Origin: an uncultured Candidatus Hydrogenedens sp.
GTDB lineage: Bacteria > Myxococcota > UBA4151
DNA length: 58,287 bases
Assembly: GCA_902574205.1 (NCBI GenBank)
Contig: CACGMS010000003.1
Span: 1-58,287, forward strand
Direction of reading: 5' to 3'
Each line of letters opens with the position of its first letter. Positions within the stretch are counted from its first letter, which is position 1. Shown one piece after another: positions 34,998 to 44,846 of the stretch. The notes below the pieces were generated by a model. That model searched no databases. It was not told where the DNA came from and was given only the letters and a program-made list of their open reading frames with translations. The position numbers were made by a program, and so were the translations under genes.

Positions 34998-35541
34998 GTT
35001 AATTAACATCGCCTTATTGACGTTTCTGGTGGTCATTTCGGTGGTGATTATCCGGGCGAAAGACGTCTTCACTGCAGTGATGTTATCAGGCATTTTTAGT
35101 CTCTTGTGTGCGGGTTTGTTTACCGTGATGGACGCGGTCGATGTGGCCTTTACCGAAGCGGCGGTCGGTGCCGGGGTGTCGACGGTTTTGATGCTGGCAG
35201 CGTTGAGTATGACCACCAGTCAAGAGAAGGAGCGCCCAACCAACTGGGGTGCATTGGTCGTTGCCGTTTTGACCGGGGCTTTGCTGGTTTACGGTACGCT
35301 CGATATGCCTAAGTATGGGGACCCTGCGGCGCCGGTGCATACCCATGAGCAGGTGGCGAAACGCTATGTTGAGACGTCCCTTGTCGAGATTGATGTCCCG
35401 AATATGGTGACCTCATTGCTCGCCAGTTATCGAGGTTTTGATACGCTTGGCGAGACCACGGTGGTGTTGACGGCGTGTATCGGCGTGCTGTTGTTGCTGG
35501 GGGGTCGGCGGCGAGAGGAGGATGAACATGAAGGATCATGA
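34990..35541 (+). CDS. DUF4040 / MrpB N-terminal subunit (detached MrpA C-terminal part)
   Basis: AVDVAFTEAAVGAG.ST, PN.VT..LASYRGFDTLGET.V. Confidence 0.88.
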   Translation: MPELINIALLTFLVVISVVIIRAKDVFTAVMLSGIFSLLCAGLFTVMDAVDVAFTEAAVGAGVSTVLMLAALSMTTSQEKERPTNWGALVVAVLTGALLVYGTLDMPKYGDPAAPVHTHEQVAKRYVETSLVEIDVPNMVTSLLASYRGFDTLGETTVVLTACIGVLLLLGGRRREEDEHEGS

Positions 35542-35953
35542 TATTCTCCGCGTCACGGCGAAGGCGCTCATTCCTTTGATCTTCTTGTTTGGTTTGTACG
35601 TTCAATTTCATGGTGATTTTGGACCAGGTGGCGGCTTTCAAGCGGGGGTTATTTTCGCAGCTGCAATTATTCTCTACGCGCTGATCTTCGGATTGGATGA
35701 AGCCAAAGCCGTAGTGCCTCCGCGGGTCCTTGAGATTATCGCATCGCTTGGTGTTTTGCTCTATGCTGGAGTGGGCGTCGTAACGATGATCAAGGGCGGT
35801 ACGTTTTTGGCGTACAATGCGCTCGATCCAGCACATCCCACGCATGGTCAGCACGTGGGCATTCTTTTGGTTGAACTGGGTGTCGGTCTAACAGTTACAG
35901 CGGTGATGTGCGCGATCTTCTTTGCTTTTGCTGAGCGAGGGCGACGCACATGA
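35528..35953 (+). CDS. mrpB: Mrp/Mnh subunit B
   Basis: HG..GPGGGFQAG; GGAGG RBS. Confidence 0.9.
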   Translation: MKDHDILRVTAKALIPLIFLFGLYVQFHGDFGPGGGFQAGVIFAAAIILYALIFGLDEAKAVVPPRVLEIIASLGVLLYAGVGVVTMIKGGTFLAYNALDPAHPTHGQHVGILLVELGVGLTVTAVMCAIFFAFAERGRRT

Positions 35954-36306
35954 ATATTGATGTCGGCCTGTTCAATTATTGGGTGGTCGTCATTTTGATG
36001 GTCGCCGGTCTGTACACAGTGATCTCCAAGGGTCATTTGATCAAGAAGATCATTGGCTTGAACATTTTCCAAGTGTCGGTGTTCATGATGTACATCACCA
36101 TGGGCAAAGTTGAAGACGGCACAGCGCCTATCTTCTCTGAAACGGCGGTGGCGTATTCCAATCCACTGAACTCGGTATTGATTCTTACCGCCATTGTTGT
36201 CGGTGTGGCGACGACAGCTGTCGGTCTTGCTTTAGCTGTACGCATTCACGAGGCCTACGGCACGCTTGACGAGTCGGAAATCATTGAGATGGATGGTGGC
36301 GAATGA
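35950..36306 (+). CDS. mrpC: Mrp/Mnh subunit C
   Basis: LIKKIIGL, NPL...LILTAIVVG.ATTA. Confidence 0.92.
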   Translation: MNIDVGLFNYWVVVILMVAGLYTVISKGHLIKKIIGLNIFQVSVFMMYITMGKVEDGTAPIFSETAVAYSNPLNSVLILTAIVVGVATTAVGLALAVRIHEAYGTLDESEIIEMDGGE

Positions 36307-37781
36307 TCGATCATTTCCCTGCGATCCAGGTGGCTTTGCCCATGATTGCGGCAGCGGTCGTCGTGATCGTTCGAAATCCATTGGTCTCGCACTTGATCGC
36401 AACCGGTGTGGCATGGATTTCAGCGGTGATTGCTTGGACCTTGCTGCAGAGCGTGTTGGCGTCAGGGCCCATTTCTTATCAACTGGGTGGTTGGGCGCCG
36501 CCAACGGGCATTGAATACTACATTGATCCTCTAAACGCCTTCGTTTTGTTTCTGGTGAGCGGGATTGCGGCGGTGGTGTTTCCGTTTGCTGGGGCGAGTG
36601 TTGCTGCCGAGGTCGACGAGAACAAGCATCACCTGTTCTATGCGTGCTTGTTGCTGTGTTTGACCGGCATGCTTGGGATCACGATTACGGGCGATGCGTT
36701 TAACATATTTGTGTTTCTAGAAATTACGTCCCTGAGCTCCTACGCCTTGATTGCGATGGGTAGAGATCGTCGAGCATTGTCGGCGTCGTTCAACTATCTG
36801 GTTTTAGGAACTTTGGGCGGAACAGCTATTCTTATCGGTGTGGGTTTGTTGTTGATGCAAACCGGCACCCTGAACATTGCCGATTTGCATATGCGCTTAG
36901 AGGGCGCGCACGCAGCGAGTAAAACGGTCTTAGTTGCGCTTGCCTTTTTAACCGTGGGGAGTAGCCTGAAAATCGCGCTGTTCCCGCTTCACGCATGGTT
37001 GCCAAACGCTTATGCTCATGCGCCCTCCGCCGTGACGGCACTGATCGCTGCGACATCGACCAAGGTGTCTTTGTACGTTCTGATGCGTTTCATCTTTACG
37101 CTCTTTGGTACTGCGGTCGTCTTTGACGTCTTTCAGTTGCAGCGCGTGTTGTTACCGCTTGCGGTCATTGGTATGTTTGTGGGTTCGTTGGTCGCCATTT
37201 ATCAGACCAACATCAAACGTATGCTGGCGTACTCAAGCTTAGCGCAGATCGGCTACATGGTCCTAGGTATTAGCCTTGTGAACGAAAGCGGTTTAGCAGG
37301 TTCGATTGTTCACATGTTCAATCACGCCGTGATCAAGGGTGGTTTGTTTATGGTCATGGCGGCTGTCGTGTTGCGAACGGGTAGTGCAGACCTTTCGGCG
37401 ATGCGCGGTTTAGCTAAGCGTATGCCTTTGACCTATCTCGGGTTCGTCATCGGCGGCTTAGGGCTTATCGGTGTACCTTTGACGGCCGGTTTTATCTCGA
37501 AATGGTATTTAGTCCTCGGCGCAATTCAAAATGGCATGTGGCTCATTGTTGCTATGATTTTGCTGAGCTCCTTGCTCGCCGTCATTTACGTTTGGCGGGT
37601 GGTTGAGGTCGGCTTCTTTGAGGAGCCCGATCCGGAAGCGCCAGAGATCAAAGAGGCACCGCTGTCGATGTTGATTCCGACATGGATCATGCTGGGTGCA
37701 TCGCTCTTCTTTGGTGTGATGACGGATACGACTGCAGGCGTTGCGCTTGAGGCTGCTCGCCAGCTGATGGGGGCACCATGA
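36303..37781 (+). CDS. mrpD: Mrp/Mnh subunit D (NuoN/M-like antiporter)
   Basis: DAFNIFVFLEI, K.ALFPLH.WLP.AY, KRMLAYSS..Q, GVPLTAGFISKW. Confidence 0.92.
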   Translation: MIDHFPAIQVALPMIAAAVVVIVRNPLVSHLIATGVAWISAVIAWTLLQSVLASGPISYQLGGWAPPTGIEYYIDPLNAFVLFLVSGIAAVVFPFAGASVAAEVDENKHHLFYACLLLCLTGMLGITITGDAFNIFVFLEITSLSSYALIAMGRDRRALSASFNYLVLGTLGGTAILIGVGLLLMQTGTLNIADLHMRLEGAHAASKTVLVALAFLTVGSSLKIALFPLHAWLPNAYAHAPSAVTALIAATSTKVSLYVLMRFIFTLFGTAVVFDVFQLQRVLLPLAVIGMFVGSLVAIYQTNIKRMLAYSSLAQIGYMVLGISLVNESGLAGSIVHMFNHAVIKGGLFMVMAAVVLRTGSADLSAMRGLAKRMPLTYLGFVIGGLGLIGVPLTAGFISKWYLVLGAIQNGMWLIVAMILLSSLLAVIYVWRVVEVGFFEEPDPEAPEIKEAPLSMLIPTWIMLGASLFFGVMTDTTAGVALEAARQLMGAP

Positions 37782-39277
37782 GCGCAACCGTACTCATCGT
37801 CCTGAGCATGTTCATGCCTTTGGTTGCAGGTTTGGTGCTTCGAGCTTTTGATAAAGAACCCAATATTCGCGACGGGTTTTCCCTCCTTGTTGCCGTGGGA
37901 ACCTTCGCTTGCGTCTGTAGTTTAACGCCAATGGTTATGGCTGGAGAACGGCCAGCGTTCCAGTTGTTGGAGATGTTGCCTGGACTGAGTCTAGCATTCG
38001 AGATTGAGCCTTTGGGAATGCTCTTTGCCTTGATCGCCTCTGGGCTTTGGATCATCACGACGGTCTATGCCATCGGCTACATGCGCGGTCATCATGAAAG
38101 CAATCAGACACGCTTCTTTACCTGCTTTGCGGTAGCCATTGGCGCAGCTGTAGGCGCCGCCTTTTCTGCGAACTTACTGACACTGTTTACGTGCTATGAA
38201 CTGCTCAGTGTTTCGACCTTTCCCTTGGTGGCGCATCACCAAAGCGCCGAGAGTCGAAAGGCGGGACGTATTTATCTCGGTATTTTGCTCACCAGTTCGG
38301 TGCTGTTCTTCTTACCTGCCATCGTTTGGACCTGGCACCTGACCGGAACGACCGATTTCGTCGCAGGTGGTATCTTGATGGGTAAAATCCCCGATGCTGC
38401 GGTGCCTTTGTTGCTTGCCTTGTTCATCTTTGGCGCCGGCAAGGCGGCGGTGATGCCGTTGCACCGGTGGTTGCCTGCAGCCATGGTCGCGCCCACACCT
38501 GTCTCTGCTCTTTTGCATGCCGTAGCGGTGGTCAAAGTCGGTGTCTTTACGGTGGTCAAGGTGGTGACCTACACCTTTGGTACGAAGCTGCTCACCGATA
38601 CAGGTGGCTCGGTTTGGTTGATGTACGTGGCATCCTTTACGATCCTCGCTTCCTCAGTGATTGCGCTCGGTAAGGATAACCTGAAAGCGCGCCTGGCGTA
38701 CTCAACGATATCTCAGCTCAGTTATATTGTACTTGGCGCTGCCTTTGCCAATGAACTCGGTATCATGGGTGCAGGCTTTCACATCGCGATGCACGCGATG
38801 GGTAAGATCACTCTATTCTTTGCAGCTGGGGCTTTGATCGTTCTGGTTCACAAGACTGAGATTTCAGATATGGCGGGAATTGGTCGCAAGATGCCGTGGA
38901 CGATGGGTGCATTCTTCGTGGGCAGCCTGTGTATCATTGGTATTCCGCCCACCGGCGGTAGTTGGTCGAAGTGGTATTTGTTGATGAGCGCCGCCGATGC
39001 CAATGTGTGGTTGATGGGCGTGTTGTTGATCTCGTCGCTGTTTTCGATCGGGTATTTGATGCCCGTCGTCACCACGGCTTTCTTCAAGCCGTTGCCACCG
39101 GAATCGGATCATGATCATCACGATGATCACCATCACGAGGGTAGTGGTAACGTGGAGTACGATCATATTCTCTGCGTCATCCCCCCGGTTCTGACGGCGG
39201 CTGGTTGCGTGCTTTTGTTCCTCTTCTCTGACCAACTCTATGCCTTGCTAGAGCCCGTTATGGCGGCGAATCGATGA
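37778..39277 (+). CDS. Second MrpD/NuoL-like proton-conducting subunit with a His-rich C-terminal loop
   Basis: KAAVMPLH.WLP.AM.APTPVSALLHAVAVVK, KARLAYSTISQ; DHDHHDDHHHE. Confidence 0.88.
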   Translation: MSATVLIVLSMFMPLVAGLVLRAFDKEPNIRDGFSLLVAVGTFACVCSLTPMVMAGERPAFQLLEMLPGLSLAFEIEPLGMLFALIASGLWIITTVYAIGYMRGHHESNQTRFFTCFAVAIGAAVGAAFSANLLTLFTCYELLSVSTFPLVAHHQSAESRKAGRIYLGILLTSSVLFFLPAIVWTWHLTGTTDFVAGGILMGKIPDAAVPLLLALFIFGAGKAAVMPLHRWLPAAMVAPTPVSALLHAVAVVKVGVFTVVKVVTYTFGTKLLTDTGGSVWLMYVASFTILASSVIALGKDNLKARLAYSTISQLSYIVLGAAFANELGIMGAGFHIAMHAMGKITLFFAAGALIVLVHKTEISDMAGIGRKMPWTMGAFFVGSLCIIGIPPTGGSWSKWYLLMSAADANVWLMGVLLISSLFSIGYLMPVVTTAFFKPLPPESDHDHHDDHHHEGSGNVEYDHILCVIPPVLTAAGCVLLFLFSDQLYALLEPVMAANR

Positions 39278-39543
39278 GTGATCCGAACAAGAAAGAAGGT
39301 TGGTTCAACCAGCCTGAGAACGTCGATAAGTTGATTAAGGGACTGTATGTCGCTTGTGCGCTATCGATCTTGCCGGAATTGCTCGACAAGGTCTTTCATT
39401 GGCACTTGATGCATCCTTATTACGCGGTCGAGAAGATTCCTGGATTTTATGGGATTGTTGGCTTTGTCGCTTTTGTGGTGATCGTTCGCGGTGGCGAGCT
39501 GCTGCGCAAAGTGATCAAGCGAGACGAGAACTACTATGACTAG
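39274..39543 (+). CDS. Small 2-TM Mrp-operon-associated protein
   Basis: W...PENV, PGFY...GF, KR.ENYYD; coupled on both sides. Confidence 0.8.
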   Translation: MSDPNKKEGWFNQPENVDKLIKGLYVACALSILPELLDKVFHWHLMHPYYAVEKIPGFYGIVGFVAFVVIVRGGELLRKVIKRDENYYD

Positions 39544-41266
39544 TCTCGCTCCCGGTTTGATCTTGTGTCTTGGTGGCTTGCTGATTCCGCTGCTCAAAGG
39601 CAACGTGCAGCGCGCGTTGGCGCTTGCTCTTCCCGTATTTAGCTTTGCCAACCTTGTGGGTTGGGGCTTTACGGGCATTGAAACGGGTATTAGCCATCAG
39701 TTTGAAGTGATGGGCTACACCTTAGTGATGGCGCGAGTGGACAAACTCAGCCTGATCTTTGGCTACATCTTCCATATCGCAGCTCTGCTCAGTGTCATTT
39801 ATTCGCTTCACGTCGACGACGCCAAGCAGATGGCAAGTGGTACGATCTACGCCGGCGCTGGAATCGGCGCTGTGTTTTCGGGTGATTTGATCAGTCTGTT
39901 TATCTTTTGGGAAATCACTGCGTTTACATCCGTGTTCTTGATTTGGGCGGCTAATAATGAGCGCGCAAACAAAGCAGCGATTCGCTACCTCGTGGTACAA
40001 GTGGCATCAGGCGTCTTGCTCCTAGCCGGTGCGATTTTACATTATCAAAGCACGGGTAGTTTAGCGTTTGGTTCCCTTGATCAAGTCGGCGCTTTTACCG
40101 AGCATATTGGCCAAGCAGGTGTTCAACTGATCCTGCTTTCCTTTGCCATCAAGTGTGCGTTTCCGTTTCTCCACAATTGGCTTCAGGATGCTTATCCCAA
40201 GGCGACGGCGACCGGCACGGTCTTTCTGTCGGCATTTACCACCAAGCTCGCTGTATACACACTGATTCGTGGGTTTGCTGGGTTTGAGCCGCTCATTTAT
40301 GTGGGTGTGGTGATGACCTTGTTCCCGATCTTCTTTGCCGTGATCGAGAACGATTTGCGCAAGGTACTTGCCTACAGCCTCAACAACCAACTTGGGTTCA
40401 TGGTGGTGGCGGTTGGCGTCGGCTCGGAGATGGCGATCAATGGCGCTTGCGCCCATGCCTTTGCGCACATCCTGTACAAAGCCTTACTGTTCATGAGTAT
40501 GGGCGCGGTTCTGCATCGAGTAGGTACGACGAAAGCATCGCAACTGGGTGGTTTGTATCGATCGATGCCGGTGACAGCGATCTGTTGTATTATCGGCGCA
40601 GCGTCCATTTCCGCATTTCCGCTAACGAGTGGTTTTATCTCGAAGGCCCTGACCCTCCAAGGCGTGATCGATGCGGGGCACGCCTGGATTTGGGGTGGTT
40701 TGTTGATCGCTTCGGCAGGCGTGATGGAGCACAGCGGGATTAAGATTCCGTTCTTTGCTTTCTTTGGTCATGATTCTGGAATTCGTTGCGAGCGAGCGCC
40801 ATTGAACATGCAGATCGCCATGGTGATCACTGCTGCTCTGTGCCTTGTTATTGGTTGTATGCCAGGACAGCTTTATGCGTTGCTTCCGTATGCCACGGAC
40901 TACAAGCCCTATACGGGTGCACACATCGTCACGCAGTTTCAGTTGCTGTTGTTTGCGATGCTCGCCTTCGTCATTCTGATGAAGTACTGGGGTTACCCCG
41001 ATGAAGAAGAGTCAGAAAACCTCGATTCAGACTGGCTTTATCGCCGAGCGTTCCCAGCGGTTTGGCGTCAGAGTGTAGTCGCTGTGAACAGTGCGCGATC
41101 CATTGTAGTCACCGGTGCCTTAGCTGGGGTAAGCAGCGTGATGTCTGGAGTGCAGCGTCACCATGGACCCGGGGGTTTGCTCTCGAAGACGTGGTCAGCG
41201 GGCACGATGGTAATGCTCGGTAAGATCGCCCTCGCCTTCTATTTGATTCTTTATCTTCTGACTTAG
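39536..41266 (+). CDS. Third antiporter-like subunit (MrpA/NuoL-like core)
   Basis: K.AFPFLH.WLQDAYP, SAFTTK, END.RKVLAYS..NQLG, FPLTSGFISK. Confidence 0.88.
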   Translation: MTSLAPGLILCLGGLLIPLLKGNVQRALALALPVFSFANLVGWGFTGIETGISHQFEVMGYTLVMARVDKLSLIFGYIFHIAALLSVIYSLHVDDAKQMASGTIYAGAGIGAVFSGDLISLFIFWEITAFTSVFLIWAANNERANKAAIRYLVVQVASGVLLLAGAILHYQSTGSLAFGSLDQVGAFTEHIGQAGVQLILLSFAIKCAFPFLHNWLQDAYPKATATGTVFLSAFTTKLAVYTLIRGFAGFEPLIYVGVVMTLFPIFFAVIENDLRKVLAYSLNNQLGFMVVAVGVGSEMAINGACAHAFAHILYKALLFMSMGAVLHRVGTTKASQLGGLYRSMPVTAICCIIGAASISAFPLTSGFISKALTLQGVIDAGHAWIWGGLLIASAGVMEHSGIKIPFFAFFGHDSGIRCERAPLNMQIAMVITAALCLVIGCMPGQLYALLPYATDYKPYTGAHIVTQFQLLLFAMLAFVILMKYWGYPDEEESENLDSDWLYRRAFPAVWRQSVVAVNSARSIVVTGALAGVSSVMSGVQRHHGPGGLLSKTWSAGTMVMLGKIALAFYLILYLLT

Positions 41267-41342
41267 CCTGGGTGAGCCCTTTGCGCGTGGCGCGTAACCA
41301 CGCTAAGCTGTCAGGGCACTAGTGCGCTAAAAGGATGTAGCT

Positions 41343-42983
41343 ATGAGTTCCTGTTTGCGTTGGCTCGTTTTGTGTTCGTGTATGATTTATGCAGGGTGTC
41401 CCACGCCCAGCGCACCGAACTTGCCAGGTCGAGCGGATGCAGGAGGCGGAGGCGTAGTTGCCTGCACGGAAACTAGTCAGTGCGAGGCTGACCAAATCTG
41501 TGTTGATGGAGCGTGCGAAGCACCATTTACAGGCTGTCGAACCGATCGTGATTGCGATGACGGGTCCATGTGTTTCGATGGGATCTGTATCCGTGACTGT
41601 AGCGATGGGGGTGAGTCATGTCCCGATGGTATGACGTGTGTTCGTTCTGATGGAGACGGTCTGTGCTTGATCACCTGCCGCAGTGATCGAGATTGTCCGG
41701 AGCGTACGGAGTGTAAAGAAGTCGAACGGGATCAAAATGTTTGCGTTCCGATGGAGGGAGAGGGTGTTAGCTGCGGAAATGATGGCGCCTGCCCGCGTGG
41801 TCAGGTGTGTGACGAAGAGACAAATCAATGCGTTGAAGACGGTGTCCAGATTGAGGGCTGTCTTGAGGACCGTGATTGCGGTGATGGAGAGCGCTGCATC
41901 GATGAAATGTGTCGTGAGGTCGATGGTCGTTGTCGCGGTGACCGCGATTGTGGCGACAACGCCGAGTGCATTGATAACTGGTGTGTGAGTCAGGGCGATG
42001 ACCCAGAAATTTGCCAAGACAACGGGGATTGCCCAGATGGTATGATCTGTCATGATGAGTACTTCCGTTGCATCAGCGACCCGCGCCAAGGATGCCAAAG
42101 TAACCGCGATTGCGACGAAGAATTCGTCTGTATTGCTGGGATGTGTCGCCTTGAAGATTTCGAACCTTGCGGCGAAGGATTTGGTCCGTGTGAGCCGGAT
42201 TGGATGGTCTGTGATGATCAGCTCGGCGTCTGTATGCCGCCATCATGTGCCAATGGCCAAGATTGCCCCGATCGAATGACCTGTCGAGAAGACATTTTCT
42301 GTGTACCAGGTGGCGGCCCGCCTGGGCGCTGCCAAGACAATAGGGACTGCGAGGATGGACAAGTCTGCCGACGAGGTCGTTGCCAGGAGGACAATGGCGG
42401 CGGCGGAGGCGGTCCTGAACGTTGTCAAGACAACGGCGATTGCGAACGAGATCAAGTGTGTCGCAATGGTCGCTGCTTCAACGAAAATATTGGTCAAAAT
42501 TGTCAGGATAATGCCGATTGCGGCGAAGGTTTACAATGCCGAGACGGTCGCTGTGCACCGCAACCACCACCGGGTCGCTGTCAACGAGCGGCGGACTGTG
42601 ATGCGGGACAGATCTGCCAACGCGGTCGGTGTCGTGATGGTGGTGGTGAAGGTGATCGATGCAACAACGATCAACAGTGCGGTAATGGGTTTAGTTGCCG
42701 CAATCGTCAGTGTCGCGCCGATAATGGTGGCGGTAACCCGAATCCTGAATGTCAAGATGATCTAAATTGCAACCAAGGCGAACGATGTGTCGATGGGAGT
42801 TGCGTTCGAGATGGTGGTGGTGGCAACGCAGGTCAGTGCCAAAGTAACAACGACTGCGGTGATGGACAACTGTGTCACGATCAAAACTGCCGAGAACGAT
42901 GCGACGAGAACCGACCTTGCCCGCAGGGGCAGCGATGCCAGAGTATTGGATTTGGGGGGTCCTCTGTCTGTGTGGAGCCCTAG
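41343..42983 (+). CDS. Cys-rich repeat lipoprotein (~19 four-Cys modules)
   Basis: Signal ending YAG-C; repeats C-x2-D/N-x-D-C-x2-G-x2-C-x2-G-x-C with Gly-rich linkers; no catalytic domain seen. Confidence 0.85.
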   Translation: MSSCLRWLVLCSCMIYAGCPTPSAPNLPGRADAGGGGVVACTETSQCEADQICVDGACEAPFTGCRTDRDCDDGSMCFDGICIRDCSDGGESCPDGMTCVRSDGDGLCLITCRSDRDCPERTECKEVERDQNVCVPMEGEGVSCGNDGACPRGQVCDEETNQCVEDGVQIEGCLEDRDCGDGERCIDEMCREVDGRCRGDRDCGDNAECIDNWCVSQGDDPEICQDNGDCPDGMICHDEYFRCISDPRQGCQSNRDCDEEFVCIAGMCRLEDFEPCGEGFGPCEPDWMVCDDQLGVCMPPSCANGQDCPDRMTCREDIFCVPGGGPPGRCQDNRDCEDGQVCRRGRCQEDNGGGGGGPERCQDNGDCERDQVCRNGRCFNENIGQNCQDNADCGEGLQCRDGRCAPQPPPGRCQRAADCDAGQICQRGRCRDGGGEGDRCNNDQQCGNGFSCRNRQCRADNGGGNPNPECQDDLNCNQGERCVDGSCVRDGGGGNAGQCQSNNDCGDGQLCHDQNCRERCDENRPCPQGQRCQSIGFGGSSVCVEP

Positions 42984-44158
42984 TTGCCGGGTGTTCTAGT
43001 CCTCAACCCGAACGCTTGATTGAACCACGAGCTGGCTCGGCAAAGGTCGGGCAAGTGCCTGCTTCTCTTGCCGCCGCCGCCGCCTCACCGGTGGCCTGCT
43101 TTGGTGATTTGGTTTGTTTGGCGCAAATCCAGCTCCCCAAGGATCCGATCAAAGCCGGGCAGCGCTTTAAGGTCACGTACGTTTGGTCAGTTCAAAGTGA
43201 CCCGGGGCGTTCATGGAAAGTCTTTGTCCATGGCGCAACCTCTGCCGATGTTGCTCATCTCTTCAATGATGATCATGAGCCAGGTCAGTCGGGATATCCG
43301 ATTGCCCGTTGGCGACGTGGTGACTTGATACGGGTGCAGCGAACCATGCGGTTAGCGAGAGACTTGCCCAGTGATCGTTACGAGCTGTGGGGGGGGTTCT
43401 TTCAGGGGAACGAACGCTTGGCTGTGAGTCGCGGACTTACTGACGGTCGAGATCGTGCGCGCTTTGGTGTCTTACGGGTAGAAGGTCGTAAGGTACCCAC
43501 ACCCAGAGCATCGATTCCTAAACGCAAAGAAGCGATCGTGATCGACGGTAAAATTAATGAAAATGATTGGAAGAATGCGCCACGCTTAGGTCCGTTTCAG
43601 CGCTACGATGGTGTCGGTACTGGTCGCTATAAAACCTATGCGCGTATGCTCTGGGATGACCACGCGTTGTATTTAGCTTTTGAAGCCCCTGATGACGATG
43701 TGCACACACCTTATTCGAAACGTGATGATCCGATCTATGAGTCGGAAGCCGTTGAGATTTTCATCGATGCTGACGGCGATGCCGATGAGTACATTGAGCT
43801 GCAGGTGGCGCCGAATGAAGTGCAGTTTGATGCTCGGTTTAGAGGCGGCGCGAGAAAGAATATGGATCAGGCGTGGAATCATACCTATGAGGCAAAAACG
43901 AGCGTCGATGGTACCTTGAACGATCCGAGTGATAAAGATCGTGGATGGGTAGCTGAGTGGCGTATTCCTTACGACGGTATGCCGGATTTAGCGCGTGCGC
44001 CAAGCCCGGGGCAAAGCTGGAAGATTAATCTCTTTCGATTGGATCGGCTGCGTAAAGAAGGAAAGGTCATCAAGACTGACGCTACGGCTTGGAGCGCACC
44101 GCTAAGTGGCGATTTTCATCGGCTTGAGCGCTTTGGCGTGATTACTTTCGTCCCTTGA
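42935..44158 (+). CDS. Lipoprotein with an Ig-like domain and a CBM9-like carbohydrate-binding domain
   Basis: MPEYWIWGVLCLCGALVAG-C; IVIDGKINE.DW, WDD.ALYLAF...D, E.VE.FID.DGD...Y.EL.V.P, W.AEW.IP, W.INLFR, W......FH..ERFG. Confidence 0.8.
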   Translation: MPEYWIWGVLCLCGALVAGCSSPQPERLIEPRAGSAKVGQVPASLAAAAASPVACFGDLVCLAQIQLPKDPIKAGQRFKVTYVWSVQSDPGRSWKVFVHGATSADVAHLFNDDHEPGQSGYPIARWRRGDLIRVQRTMRLARDLPSDRYELWGGFFQGNERLAVSRGLTDGRDRARFGVLRVEGRKVPTPRASIPKRKEAIVIDGKINENDWKNAPRLGPFQRYDGVGTGRYKTYARMLWDDHALYLAFEAPDDDVHTPYSKRDDPIYESEAVEIFIDADGDADEYIELQVAPNEVQFDARFRGGARKNMDQAWNHTYEAKTSVDGTLNDPSDKDRGWVAEWRIPYDGMPDLARAPSPGQSWKINLFRLDRLRKEGKVIKTDATAWSAPLSGDFHRLERFGVITFVP

Positions 44159-44196
44159 CGGTAGCGCTTCATACAGTAAGCACTTTTCAGTGCAGA

Positions 44197-44230
44197 TCAG
44201 GGTCACTGGCTTAGGTTGCGATGACCCTGA
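44197..44230. repeat. 9-bp perfect inverted repeat (possible terminator or operator)
   Basis: TCAGGGTCA-N16-TGACCCTGA, intergenic, preceded by a small GCACT-TTTC-AGTGC hairpin. Confidence 0.4.
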
Positions 44231-44315
44231 ATGTTATTCCGAGATGTTTACGAGATGACGCCTAAAAGCCTACAGAAAATCAGCCAACTTACGGTGTAGA
44301 TCTACGAGGACGATT

Positions 44316-44846
44316 ATGACGGTTTCTATTTTAGTCTTAAGTACGAGCCTCAACGCCAATTCAAAGAGTCGCACGTTGGCAAAGAGCTTTCAATCGCAGC
44401 TAGAAGCAGCAGGAGCAGTTGTTGATTGGTTAGACCTTCAAGAGCATGAGTTACCTTTTTGTGGTGTTGAAGATTCATGGGACCAGCCGGAAATTAGGGC
44501 ACTTCGTGCGCGGGTTGACGCGTGCGATGGGATTCTCGTTGCTTCACCGATCTACAATTATGATCTCAATGCTGCTGCCAAGAATTTTATTGAATTCACT
44601 GGCGGCGCGTGGACGCAGAAGGTCGTCGCCTTAGCCGTAAGCGCAGGGGGTTTGCGATCGGGGATGGCGCCCTTAGGTTTTATCAACTCGTTGATGTTGG
44701 ATTTCCGCTGCATCGTGTTGCCACGGTATGTGTATGTCGTCGACGAAGGTTACGATGAGGCTGGGCAGCCCAACGAGAGCACTTCGGCGCGGATTGCTGA
44801 TGTGAGCGGTGAGTTGGTGCGCGTGACGAAAGCCCTGAGCGCCTAA
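44316..44846 (+). CDS. NADPH-dependent FMN reductase
   Basis: S.SL..NS.S..LA, DG..VASPIYN......KNFI. Confidence 0.88.
   Translation: MTVSILVLSTSLNANSKSRTLAKSFQSQLEAAGAVVDWLDLQEHELPFCGVEDSWDQPEIRALRARVDACDGILVASPIYNYDLNAAAKNFIEFTGGAWTQKVVALAVSAGGLRSGMAPLGFINSLMLDFRCIVLPRYVYVVDEGYDEAGQPNESTSARIADVSGELVRVTKALSA

Noticed and set aside
41616-42765. Alternative-frame and antisense ORFs inside the Cys-rich gene
   Set aside because: By-products of repetitive Cys/Asp/Gly codons.
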